Shown here: positions 1-8,152 of the stretch, one piece after another
Layout: each line of letters starts with the position of its first letter
Numbering within the stretch: position 1 is the stretch's first letter
Source of the DNA: a virus
Lineage: Duplodnaviria; Caudoviricetes
Strand: one strand, 5' to 3'
DNA: 56,300 nucleotides
Virus record (IMG/VR): IMGVR_UViG_3300042447_000704
Coordinates: 1-56,300 of that record
Translations under genes and position numbers: made by a program
The notes under the pieces: generated by a model
Seen by the model: only the letters and a program-made list of their open reading frames with translations
What the model was told of the DNA's origin: nothing
The model's database searches: none

Positions 1-126
1 CGGCTTGCAGAATCTTTCGGCTTCTCAATCAAGCAGACCCCAGCGCTTGCACTCTTCTTCCCAGTCTTTGACCATCGCGATCGCATCGCGCGCCAGCTTC
101 ACGTTGTCCTTAGCCCGGCAGGTATT
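1..126. repeat. Terminal direct repeat, left copy (circular assembly overlap)
   Basis: 1-126 is identical to 56173-56298; the length is typical of an assembler k-mer overlap, and genes continue across the junction. Confidence 0.95.
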
Positions 127-360
127 TCGTAGGTCACCGGACATCACGCCTTCCTGAATCAATCGAATCAGGATCGGGTAGTAGTAGGGGCCCATCCACG
201 CCTTTAGAGACTGTAAGCGGGCCCGCTCGGACCTCAGACGACTCGCAGGTACTCCCGTGAGCCGGACGGCCGTCCTGAAGGATTTGTAGAGGTCTCGGCC
301 GATCGCTCGCTCGATCGTTCGATACCGAGCGCCGATGCTTAGCTCTTTAGCGCTGCTCAA
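25..360 (-). CDS. Hypothetical protein (111 aa)
   Basis: ORF tightly packed in the leftward operon; its stop overlaps the TTG start of the DUF1364-like gene across the circle junction. Confidence 0.7.
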   Translation of the reverse strand: MSSAKELSIGARYRTIERAIGRDLYKSFRTAVRLTGVPASRLRSERARLQSLKAWMGPYYYPILIRLIQEGVMSGDLRNTCRAKDNVKLARDAIAMVKDWEEECKRWGLLD

Positions 361-610
361 AAATCACCGTCTCGTGCAACGGGTTCAAGTACCGGACCTT
401 CGTTTTTCCGTCGTGCCCGTGGATCGCATCGAGCGCTCGGATCGAGTCATAGACCGCAGTCGAGGCGATGTGCGACCGCCACCTGAGAACAGCGGTGCCA
501 TCGCTGAATTCGACCCCTTCGGCAACGATGCCGGTCCCACTGACGCCCGACTCATCGTCTATCCGATCAAGAACGAAGAGCTTTGCATCCAGTCGATTGG
601 ATACGGTCAT
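347..610 (-). CDS. Conserved-looking phage hypothetical protein (87 aa)
   Basis: ATG at 610 overlaps the upstream stop; motif RxxDESGVSGTGIVAEGVEFSDG...HGHDGKT recalled from phage proteins. Confidence 0.75.
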   Translation of the reverse strand: MTVSNRLDAKLFVLDRIDDESGVSGTGIVAEGVEFSDGTAVLRWRSHIASTAVYDSIRALDAIHGHDGKTKVRYLNPLHETVIFEQR

Positions 611-1032
611 ATCAATTCCCCAATGTCTTTCTTGAATTGAGCGACCAGCAATCGGAAACGAGTGGCCGCATGCTCGTTTGAATTCAACTCGGATCGGCTG
701 CTGATCCCGAGCTTCTTGCATAGCCAATCGCGCGCCGACTCTTCGCTGATGACCGCCTGCCACTGCTGGGCGCTGGCCCAGTCCCAGAAGTCTTTGCGAC
801 GGCACAGCAGCACCGACTCGGTTGACACTGGTTGCGCGACCGGGGCCTCGTCGTCACCTATCTGAACGAACACGCACATGAAGCGCTGGCCTGCTCTCTT
901 GCCGCTCTTGATCGTGAAGTCTCGAAACGGGTGGGTCTCTTCATCCTCGGGTAGCAGCAGCGTGATCGTGCGTCCTCGCGTTGAAGACTCAGCCCACTGG
1001 AGCAGCATCGTTTCGCCCTGCCACGAAATCAT
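607..1032 (-). CDS. Hypothetical protein (141 aa)
   Basis: ATG at 1032 (MISWQGE) is coupled to the upstream stop; the C-terminal LCxxLGISSRSELxxN motif is phage-like. Confidence 0.7.
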   Translation of the reverse strand: MISWQGETMLLQWAESSTRGRTITLLLPEDEETHPFRDFTIKSGKRAGQRFMCVFVQIGDDEAPVAQPVSTESVLLCRRKDFWDWASAQQWQAVISEESARDWLCKKLGISSRSELNSNEHAATRFRLLVAQFKKDIGELI

Positions 1033-1496
1033 TGGAATACCTTCGCGTCTTTGAGCTTGAAGTAAGCGTTGTTTCTGGAGGCCACGCCTCCGTTGATCGT
1101 TGCCGGGGTGGATATGAACCGAGCCCGCAATTCGGTCGCGAGACTTCCGTCCGCATTGATCACTCGTTGCACTAGGAGAGTCCGCTCGGGGATCAGGTAG
1201 ACCCAGCATGCAAAGGGCACGCACAGTGACTGCGAGACGGTCCTGCAATGCAGGATCTTGTCGAGCGTCATCAGCACCTCGTCGTTGAACGATTCGAGAC
1301 GGGCGCGGGTCATGTTTCGGCACTTGATCTCGATCACCGCGCGCAGCACACCACCGCTCAGAACAAAGCCGTCTGCATGAGCCGGTAGGCGGGGAGGCGT
1401 TTGGATGAACTGGTATCCAGTGGCCCGCTCGAAGATGTTGATTGCATCGGCAGCGTGGCGCTGGCTCTCTTGTCCGGCTGATGTCAGTACATCCAT
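1029..1496 (-). CDS. PD-(D/E)XK-fold nuclease-like protein
   Basis: HADGFV...VIEIKCR matches the D...ExK motif; start MDVLTS overlaps the previous stop. Confidence 0.65.
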   Translation of the reverse strand: MDVLTSAGQESQRHAADAINIFERATGYQFIQTPPRLPAHADGFVLSGGVLRAVIEIKCRNMTRARLESFNDEVLMTLDKILHCRTVSQSLCVPFACWVYLIPERTLLVQRVINADGSLATELRARFISTPATINGGVASRNNAYFKLKDAKVFQ

Positions 1497-1717
1497 CACT
1501 TCTTCTTCGAGAATGGCTTGCCGACCGCGTAGGGCCACGTAGAAGCCGGTAGGAAGGCTGCTGGCTGTACGCCATCCCCGGGGTCTTTGCCGGCCTCTAG
1601 GGTTGCTGTCTTGACGTACAGAACCTTCCCGCCGAAATCGTTCTTCAGCATCTCCATCAGGTCGAACATCTCAGGGGCGTCCGACTTGATGGCAGCGCGG
1701 GTCTTCTCGATGCTCAA
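1496..1717 (-). CDS. Hypothetical protein (73 aa)
   Basis: Coupled start/stop overlaps on both sides. Confidence 0.65.
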   Translation of the reverse strand: MSIEKTRAAIKSDAPEMFDLMEMLKNDFGGKVLYVKTATLEAGKDPGDGVQPAAFLPASTWPYAVGKPFSKKK

Positions 1718-1926
1718 TGCGCGCGATCCGTTGACTCAAACCGAACGCCACTGGCAGGCCCATCAGCAAGACGGTCGACAACGAAGGCAGTCGCAAACGC
1801 CGTCCTGAATAGACTTGCAACCATCTCTTCCCAGTCATCGGACTCGGAAAGCTTGTCGATGAATGAGTCGACTAGCTCATCGTCCAGAGCGCCTTCAACG
1901 TATTGAACAAACTCATGCACCGTCAT
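1714..1926 (-). CDS. Hypothetical acidic protein (70 aa)
   Basis: ATGA overlaps with both neighbours. Confidence 0.6.
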   Translation of the reverse strand: MTVHEFVQYVEGALDDELVDSFIDKLSESDDWEEMVASLFRTAFATAFVVDRLADGPASGVRFESTDRAH

Positions 1927-2120
1927 CGGCTTACCCATACGCGTCCAATCGTGATTTGCTCTGATGAGAAGAGCCGTTGACCAACGAGGCTTGCAGCCTT
2001 AGTGGCCGCCTCGAATGAGGTTGTGTAGACGCCGTGTTCAAGCTTTCGGCGGCCGTCAATGAATAGGCACCGTCTCGATGTCGTACATAGCTTTGGCAGC
2101 TGGTACTTTGAGGTGGGCAT
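1923..2120 (-). CDS. Hypothetical protein (65 aa)
   Basis: Fills the gap after the helicase; TGATG overlap. Confidence 0.55.
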   Translation of the reverse strand: MPTSKYQLPKLCTTSRRCLFIDGRRKLEHGVYTTSFEAATKAASLVGQRLFSSEQITIGRVWVSR

Positions 2121-3058
2121 CAAAAGGGGACCACCTCTTGCTCGCTATCAAACAGTTGAGGGCGAGGGTGTGACTGGCGAGGTCTCTCTAGGAACCACAT
2201 CGATTCGCGGTCGACGTACAGACCGATCTTTCCCTCCCAGTCGCCGTTGCGCTGCTTTGCAACGATCAGCACGGTGTCGGGCCTAGACTCCCAGTCCTCG
2301 CGCTTTGCCGGGTCGAGCTTTGGGTCGGTCAGCACGTCCTCTTTCTTCTTGTGCCGCCATACGGTGATCACGTTGTCGACCTGATCGACGATCGAGGACG
2401 AGCCGCGCACATCGAACTTGTCGGGCATGTCGTACTCGGTCTGCCCCTTTCTCGTATGGGCAACCAGATGGATGTGAACGCGCCGATCTCGGGCCAGCGT
2501 GCAGAGGTCGTCAACGAAGGTCTTCTGGCCGTTGTGGTCGTCCTCGTTGCGGACCACCTTTGTTAGGTTGTCCACGAAGATGTGTTCGCACTTCAGAACC
2601 CGGGCTGAGTAGTGGATGAAGTCCAGCACCCGTTTCGGTTGGACGATTCCCTGAACACCCATCAGGTAAATCTTGTCGTCGCCCCACTGGGCAAACTTCT
2701 CTAGCCAATTCCCAGTGGGTCGCGATGAACCGCACACCATTCGAGCCATCCGAGCCATCGTGGTGACGGGGCGCATCTCAAGAGAGACGATCGCCACCCG
2801 CTTGCCAGTGAAGGCGAGGTGGAATGCGACCTGCGTCGTCACCAGACTCTTGCCGTGGCCGGAGATGCCGGGCCAGATCGTGACCTCGCTGCTTCTTAGC
2901 TGGATGTCGGACGCCTTTAACCACGGCAGGCCATCGCCCTTCTTCTCGCCATAGAAGGCGTCCTTCAGGTCAAGCGCAGAGGTGCGCAGTACATCTGAGT
3001 TCGGCTTTGCTTCCCATTGGTATTGTTTGAAGTCGAACGAATCGGGAATGACTTTCAC
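2120..3058 (-). CDS. DnaB/SF4-like replicative helicase (ATPase domain only)
   Basis: Walker A GISGHGKS, SLEM, Walker B IFVDNL, HIHLVAHTRK, DVRGSSSIVDQVDNVITVWR, KQRNG. Confidence 0.9.
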   Translation of the reverse strand: MKVIPDSFDFKQYQWEAKPNSDVLRTSALDLKDAFYGEKKGDGLPWLKASDIQLRSSEVTIWPGISGHGKSLVTTQVAFHLAFTGKRVAIVSLEMRPVTTMARMARMVCGSSRPTGNWLEKFAQWGDDKIYLMGVQGIVQPKRVLDFIHYSARVLKCEHIFVDNLTKVVRNEDDHNGQKTFVDDLCTLARDRRVHIHLVAHTRKGQTEYDMPDKFDVRGSSSIVDQVDNVITVWRHKKKEDVLTDPKLDPAKREDWESRPDTVLIVAKQRNGDWEGKIGLYVDRESMWFLERPRQSHPRPQLFDSEQEVVPF

Positions 3059-3468
3059 GCAGCCATCCCCGTCAGTTGGGCTCTGATCTCAGACTCTTCC
3101 CATTTGGTCAGCCGGAACAGGTCTGGCCTCCAGACCCACTCGCTGACAGGTTTGCCGATCGATCCCTCGGTCGGCAGGATTCTCACGTCATAGGCGCGGC
3201 CAATGTCCTCGAGCCAGAGGTACAGCATTTTTGGCCGGTGTCGACGGAACTGGAGGAGCAACGGCCCGAGTCCCTTTGCTTGATGGTTGTGCGCCGCAAC
3301 AATAACGTCGAGGTCGATCGCCCAGAGCAGGTCCCATTCGGTTTCCAGATCGAGCCGGACCTCGAACTCGACGTTGAAGTCGCCGATGAGGGAGCAGACA
3401 ACAGCGCCAGCTGGACGCTGGCTGTTTTCTCTCAAAGAGTGAATGCGCTCAGCACCGGGGGGCAACAT
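3055..3468 (-). CDS. Hypothetical protein (137 aa) between initiator and helicase
   Basis: TGATG and GTGA coupling to both neighbours. Confidence 0.7.
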   Translation of the reverse strand: MLPPGAERIHSLRENSQRPAGAVVCSLIGDFNVEFEVRLDLETEWDLLWAIDLDVIVAAHNHQAKGLGPLLLQFRRHRPKMLYLWLEDIGRAYDVRILPTEGSIGKPVSEWVWRPDLFRLTKWEESEIRAQLTGMAA

Positions 3469-3872
3469 CAGATAGTCCCAAGAAAGCTGTTGTCTTCGGA
3501 AGACTCATCCTCCCACCTACGCTGCCGCAGCCACGTCGAGGCGTGGGGGATGAATTTTGATTCTGAGAACTGCCACTCCACGTTAGCTCGGGAGAGTCCA
3601 TCCAGTATTGGTTGGAGGCAATCGCTGGCTCGTGAAGCTCGCCACGCATTGACCGCCTCAGACTTTGCGATCTTTCTCGGATACAGGTTCCAGAAGGATT
3701 CGAACCCTTCGACCGACCCGGTCGCGGCTTTTGGAACCCCGAACGCAGCCTTAGCGACGGCGAAGAAAGTATTCCAATCCTCTCGCCGGATTGTGACCTC
3801 GATCTCATCGTCTGTTCCATCATTGAGCCCAACCATCAACGTAACTTCTTCTTTCTCAACGAGAATTCTCAA
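3468..3872 (-). CDS. Replication initiator/replisome organiser-like protein (C-terminal domain only)
   Basis: FESFWNLYPRKIAKSEAxxAW...FIPHASTWLRQRRWEDE motif of phage replication proteins; likely TTG start at 3872 with GGAGG 6 nt upstream (ORF open to 3905). Confidence 0.75.
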   Translation of the reverse strand: MRILVEKEEVTLMVGLNDGTDDEIEVTIRREDWNTFFAVAKAAFGVPKAATGSVEGFESFWNLYPRKIAKSEAVNAWRASRASDCLQPILDGLSRANVEWQFSESKFIPHASTWLRQRRWEDESSEDNSFLGTI

Positions 3873-3906
3873 CTTACGCCTCCAACCGGATGATTTGTCA
3901 GACAAA

Positions 3907-3935
3907 ATTGTAAGGCAATTGAATGTTACTTACAA
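3907..3935 (-). promoter_or_regulatory. Sigma70-like promoter for the replication operon
   Basis: Minus strand TTGTAA-17 nt-TACAAT in an AT-rich patch. Confidence 0.6.
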
Positions 3936-4076
3936 GGGGTCGAGCATTATTCTTACAGGATTGTCAGGTCTTTCATATCAAGCAGTCATCAGTCAATGCC
4001 GAATGTTGCCTTCTGAAGCCTACTGCTCTGGGTACGAGGATGAGGTCTGGATCATCTAACTGATTGATCTGAATGG

Positions 4077-4155
4077 TATCTGTTCAGTTATCTGTTCAGT
4101 TATCTGTTCAGTTATCTGTTCAGTTATCTGTTCAGCTATCTGTTCAGCTATCTGT
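4077..4155. repeat. 12-bp tandem repeat TATCTGTTCAG(T/C), 6 copies plus a partial; iteron-like
   Basis: Read directly: four copies ending in T, two ending in C, then TATCTGT. Confidence 0.95.
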
Positions 4156-4159
4156 CCAA

Positions 4160-4398
4160 ACACCCGATTCTGGTGGGCGAACTCCGCCCAGCCCTCAGCT
4201 AAGAAGAGTTCGCTTCTACACCGACTCTGGAGCCGCTGTACTCTCCCAGCCTTTTCGCGCATCAGGGTGCTAGGTGTCGCCCGCCCTGTCTCGTTCTGCC
4301 TGCGCTGCCCCACGGTACGAGGTCAATCCCAGCAGCCCCGTCGGTTGACTCGACGACTGCTGAGCCCCGCCTTAGGTAGGCGGGCAACCGTTTGTTTC
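4160..4398 (-). ncRNA. Candidate structured RNA/DNA element between cro and the repeats
   Basis: Inverted repeats at 4366-4384, 4328-4364, 4263-4288 and 4177-4184/4206-4213 (perfect 8-bp stem); no credible ORF. Confidence 0.45.
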
Positions 4399-4647
4399 TT
4401 AGACGTTTTTACGCAGATAGGTCTTCAGAAACGACCAATCGGTGCCGTCTTCGCGAACCGATCCAATGATGTCAACAGCACCACCCGAGTGCTTGCATGC
4501 ACTGACAGCAAGACTCAGAGGGCAGTGGTTGGATTTGGCTCGGGTGCTGAGCATCCGCGCGATGTAGGACGGGCTGAACCCCGCTTCAATTGCGATCTTT
4601 GCTCGGTCAATCCCCGTCAGGGACTGGATGTAATCAAGTGCGTGCAT
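4399..4647 (-). CDS. Cro-like HTH regulator
   Basis: RAKIAIEAGFSPSYIARML HTH; small gene divergent from the cI-like gene. Confidence 0.7.
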   Translation of the reverse strand: MHALDYIQSLTGIDRAKIAIEAGFSPSYIARMLSTRAKSNHCPLSLAVSACKHSGGAVDIIGSVREDGTDWSFLKTYLRKNV

Positions 4648-4782
4648 GCGGGTCTCGAATCAGTTCCAAAGAGTATTGTGCCTAAGGTCTGCCATCTGTG
4701 CAACAAGGCACTTGAACATTCCGCACAGGTATCTGCTCATCCTTTATGATTAGAGCTAAAGGATAGGTGTGATTATCAACAC

Positions 4783-4798
4783 CATTCCTTTAGGTAAT
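4783..4798. promoter_or_regulatory. Operator-like palindrome CATTCC-TTTA-GGTAAT
   Basis: Lies in the cro/cI intergenic region; related sites at 5556, 10103 and 50109. Confidence 0.55.
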
Positions 4799-4850
4799 AC
4801 CAATCAACCACACACAGTGTTAAAGTACCCCTCTACTCCTCAAGGGGGGA

Positions 4851-5507
4851 ATGGCTATGGGTATGAAGACACCTCCGGCGCTTGCCGAAACGCGTAGATT
4901 GAACTTCAAAAGGTTGATACAGGAACGCTACGAGGGATCAATCGCGGCCTTCTCGCGGGCAACCGACAAGAACCCGAACTTGATGGCTTTGGTACTCAGC
5001 AACAACCCGACGATTCGCCGGACGATGGGCGAGCGTCAGGCGCGCGAGATCGAAGCGAAGATGGGCCTGCCGGAGCGCTGGCTGGATGTTGAGCGCGGCC
5101 CTTCAAGCGAGGAGAAGTACCACACGTTCGAGATTGTCGAGATGAACGAGGTGGCAGGGTTCGCAGTAGAGAAGCTCACCTATTCTGTTGCGGCGTTACA
5201 GCGCCTCATTGAGCCCTACGGCTCTCTGGGAGCGCTCAAGCTGATGCGGGCATCGACGAACGAGATGACCCCAACAATCTCGATGGGTGACCTCATGTTT
5301 GTTGATACGTCTGTGACGACCTACGCACAACCCGGCGTCTATGTGATCAATCGAGAGTCCTCAGTCTTCCTGCGGCGGGTAAAGACGAGTCTGTCTGGGA
5401 CCGTTCGCATCTCGGCCGACAGTGACGCTGAATTCATCGACGCCCAGCCCGGCGAGTACAGACCTTCTGGTCGCGTAGTCGGTACTCTTCGTTTCGCAAA
5501 ACCGTAG
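4851..5507 (+). CDS. cI: CI-like repressor (HTH plus degenerate S24 domain)
   Basis: N-terminal RRLNFKRLI...IAAFSRAT...MGERQAREIEAKMGLPERWLD; C-terminal MTPTISMGDLMFVD...GVYVI...GRVV. Confidence 0.8.
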   Translation: MAMGMKTPPALAETRRLNFKRLIQERYEGSIAAFSRATDKNPNLMALVLSNNPTIRRTMGERQAREIEAKMGLPERWLDVERGPSSEEKYHTFEIVEMNEVAGFAVEKLTYSVAALQRLIEPYGSLGALKLMRASTNEMTPTISMGDLMFVDTSVTTYAQPGVYVINRESSVFLRRVKTSLSGTVRISADSDAEFIDAQPGEYRPSGRVVGTLRFAKP

Positions 5508-5555
5508 AAAGTTTGTGTCCGAAGAAATGTTTCGTTGCTAGTGCTGCCCATTTGC

Positions 5556-5571
5556 ATTACCATTAGGTGAT
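5556..5571. promoter_or_regulatory. Operator-like palindrome ATTACC-ATTA-GGTGAT
   Basis: Sits at the head of the rightward middle operon. Confidence 0.5.
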
Positions 5572-6250
5572 GGACCATTCCTTTGACGACCGAGACAACG
5601 ATGGCGGCATCGAGTGGTGGCAAACAGTGGGACAACAACAGGAGCATCACATGCGATTGAGCGGTCAAGACTTTAAGCCCCGGGCAGAGCCTATCCAGAG
5701 CGGCACCCATACCGCGCGGCTCGTCCAACTGGTGGACTTCGGCACACAGGAAGACAGCTATCAGGGCGAGAAGAAAGTGCTGAAGAAGATCCGTCTCGTC
5801 TGGGAACTGCCCGGCGAACTGGATGAAGAGGGAAAGCCCCGCATGCTGGGCAAGACCTATACCGCCTCGATGGGCGAAATGGCAACGCTTCGGAAACACT
5901 TTGAAAGCTGGCGCGGTAAGAACTACAGCCAGCAGGAGTTGAAAGATTTCAACATCACATCCGCTCTGGGGCAGCCCTGCACCCTGACCGTCGTCAACCG
6001 TTCCAACGAAGAGACCGGAAAGGTCGTCGCCCAGATCAATGGCGTGTCTCCTCCAATGAAGGGCGTACCAATTCCTGAGCAAGTTTCGAAGAAGGTTTTT
6101 TTTAGCCTCGAACAATACTCTCAGGAAGTATTCGATTCCCTGCCGGAGTGGCAGCAGACGCTCATTAGCAAGTCGCCCGAGTTCAAGAAGGTGGCGGCCA
6201 GCAATGTCCAGATGCTGCCGATGCTGGAAGACGAAGACGTTCCCTTTTGA
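5567..6250 (+). CDS. Putative ssDNA-binding/replication protein with acidic tail
   Basis: GTHTARLVQLVDFGTQ...LRKHFESWRG core; ends EDEDVPF; alternative start at 5651 after CAGGAG. Confidence 0.65.
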   Translation: MMDHSFDDRDNDGGIEWWQTVGQQQEHHMRLSGQDFKPRAEPIQSGTHTARLVQLVDFGTQEDSYQGEKKVLKKIRLVWELPGELDEEGKPRMLGKTYTASMGEMATLRKHFESWRGKNYSQQELKDFNITSALGQPCTLTVVNRSNEETGKVVAQINGVSPPMKGVPIPEQVSKKVFFSLEQYSQEVFDSLPEWQQTLISKSPEFKKVAASNVQMLPMLEDEDVPF

Positions 6251-6263
6251 GTTGTCCGCCCGA

Positions 6264-6381
6264 GGTCACCGTGGGTAAACGGGACCAGCTGGTGAGCAGC
6301 ACATGCCTGCGTCCTTAGCGCAGACACGCCTCCCTTGAGTTGCTTGAGCCAGTCGCCTGCCCGGGGGCGTTAATCCCGGGC
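6264..6381 (+). ncRNA. Candidate structured intergenic RNA
   Basis: Hairpins at 6264-6286, 6289-6352 (with inner CTGCG/CGCAG) and 6359-6381. Confidence 0.35.
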
Positions 6382-6399
6382 TCCCAACTAAACAAGCCA

Positions 6400-6609
6400 A
6401 TGAAGATCGAAAAACACATTCCGCCCCCGCCAGCAGTCTCACGCGTTCACCTGACTATCCTGCCAAAGATGGAGCCCGGCGACTCGATTCAGGTAACCGA
6501 ATCGAAGGCAACTGTCATCAGTGCTGTTTACGCCTATGCGAAGCGAACAAAGAAGAAGTTCGCATCTAAGACGGTGAACGGGATCACGAGAGTCTGGCGC
6601 ATCAAGTGA
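6400..6609 (+). CDS. Small basic phage protein (69 aa)
   Basis: KIEKHIPPP...MEPGDSI...F...GITRVWRI pattern common in phages. Confidence 0.7.
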   Translation: MKIEKHIPPPPAVSRVHLTILPKMEPGDSIQVTESKATVISAVYAYAKRTKKKFASKTVNGITRVWRIK

Positions 6610-7442
6610 TCATCACCAACAAGTTTGGCCTGCCTAGACAGCTGATGCGGGCTCTTCAGAACCCCGGCTACTCGCGCGGGGAGGCGGACTTCAGTGTCAC
6701 TCAATTGATCGCTCCCCCCTTCCAGACTCGACTACGAAAGACAGAAGAGCCTGTGATCGATGCGACCCAAATGGTCAAGGCGATGGTCGGGACTGCCGTC
6801 CACGAGTACCTCGCTACTCGAGGCGCAAGTGAAGATGCGATCTCTGAAGAGCGGCTGTTCATGACAGTTGATGGCTATGTCATTTCCGGGGCGATCGACA
6901 ACATTGAGGAGCATACGGTCGAGGACACAAAGACCACATCGGTGTGGGCTTACAAAGCCGGCGGCAAGATCGAGTGGGAGTGGCAACTGAATGGCTATGC
7001 TCAGTTGTGCAGGGAGAAGTTCAAAGAGACGGGCGACGATCGCTATCGAATCGAGCGTCTCGCTATCACTGCAATCTTCACCGACTTCAGCGACAAGCTC
7101 GCGGGCTTTGATGGCAGACCTGATGCGATCGTCAAAGTGATCGATGTCCCGCTTTGGGACGAGCAGCAAGCGATGGCATTCCTTCGTGAGCGCATCCGTC
7201 TCCACACGCACGAGTCTCCTGAGCCCTGTTCAGATGAAGAGCGCTGGACCCAGCCAGAGAAGTGGGCACTCATGAAGATTGGCCGCAAGTCTGCCGTCAA
7301 GCTTTACGACAGCCCGCACGAAGCGTCCGCAGCCAAAGGCGCTGGCATGTACATCGAGTCACGTCCTGCCGTTCATACGCGATGCGAGCGGTACTGCGAT
7401 GTCTCTCACGTTTGCAAACACTTCAACAACGCGGCCTTCTGA
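6606..7442 (+). CDS. PD-(D/E)XK exonuclease, Cas4/RecB-like
   Basis: SVTQLI, GTAVHEYL, EERL, ISGAIDN, VEDTKTT, QLNGYA; C-terminal cysteine cluster RCERYCDVSHVC. Confidence 0.8.
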   Translation: MIITNKFGLPRQLMRALQNPGYSRGEADFSVTQLIAPPFQTRLRKTEEPVIDATQMVKAMVGTAVHEYLATRGASEDAISEERLFMTVDGYVISGAIDNIEEHTVEDTKTTSVWAYKAGGKIEWEWQLNGYAQLCREKFKETGDDRYRIERLAITAIFTDFSDKLAGFDGRPDAIVKVIDVPLWDEQQAMAFLRERIRLHTHESPEPCSDEERWTQPEKWALMKIGRKSAVKLYDSPHEASAAKGAGMYIESRPAVHTRCERYCDVSHVCKHFNNAAF

Positions 7443-7762
7443 TGCTTTCACTTAACGACTATCAAATCAATGCGTGGAGCTACGCGCTCTCGCAATCCCG
7501 ATCAACGATGTACCTGCTTGCCGGTCTTGTTGGTGAGCAGGGCGAGTTCGCAAGCGAGATCGCGAAGGCTCAGCGAGATGGCACGAGCATCGAGAAGTTC
7601 TCGGGCAACGTCAAGAAAGAGTTAGGCGACATCCTGTGGTTCGTCTCGGCGTTTTGCAGCCACTACGGATTCACGCTCGAAGACGTTGCCCAGACGAATC
7701 TGGACAAGCTCGAATCGCGACGACAGCGAGGAACGATTCAGGGCTCAGGGAATGACCGTTAA
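7442..7762 (+). CDS. mazG: MazG-like nucleotide pyrophosphohydrolase
   Basis: GLVGEQGE...KKELGDILWFV...NLDKLESRRQRGTIQGSGNDR. Confidence 0.88.
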   Translation: MLSLNDYQINAWSYALSQSRSTMYLLAGLVGEQGEFASEIAKAQRDGTSIEKFSGNVKKELGDILWFVSAFCSHYGFTLEDVAQTNLDKLESRRQRGTIQGSGNDR

Positions 7763-7904
7763 GACGTACAAGCCCTGCGAAGAGAAGTGCGGTAAGTGCA
7801 AGCAATGCGTGGAGTTCAAGAAGGTCGTCGCGCAGATTGACCTGACAAAGCAGAGCAAGCACCGGGTTGCGATTGAGAACCGCCTGAGGGATTTCGAGAG
7901 ATGA
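7752..7904 (+). CDS. Small Cys-rich protein (50 aa)
   Basis: CEEKCGKCKQC; overlaps both neighbours. Confidence 0.55.
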   Translation: MTVKTYKPCEEKCGKCKQCVEFKKVVAQIDLTKQSKHRVAIENRLRDFER

Positions 7905-8137
7905 ATCTGCCGCATCGACCGGCGTCTGCTTTGATTCTTCTGAGGATTCCAATGACCACATTGGAGTTGGCAGATCAATTGAAGATTTCGCATCGAGCAG
8001 CAGCACATGCCATTTGGTACTTAGCGAAGTCAGGCCACATCCACGCTGTTGACGACAGCCGTTATGTCGCAAGCAGAAGCGAAGCGATCCGCCCAGATGA
8101 GGCGGCGGCGTGGCTTTTTAACCCAGTCCTGAAGTAA
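7901..8137 (+). CDS. Winged-HTH-like protein
   Basis: MTTLELADQLKISHRAAAHAIWYLAKSGHI. Confidence 0.6.
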   Translation: MNLPHRPASALILLRIPMTTLELADQLKISHRAAAHAIWYLAKSGHIHAVDDSRYVASRSEAIRPDEAAAWLFNPVLK

Positions 8138-8152
8138 CTAACGGGAGCTTTC

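Noticed and set aside
1-126. Biological terminal repeat of the virion DNA
   Set aside because: Length fits an assembler overlap and it falls mid-gene, far from terS
607-1575. 322-aa ORF as a single gene
   Set aside because: Its 5' half overlaps the better-supported nuclease gene 1029-1496; the real start is likely 1032
4077-4155. CRISPR array
   Set aside because: Head-to-tail repeats with no spacers; the Cas4-like exonuclease sits in a recombination context with no other cas genes
4056-4313. ORFs with EQIT or SVQL repeats
   Set aside because: By-products of a stop-free 12-bp repeat; no RBS or protein-like context
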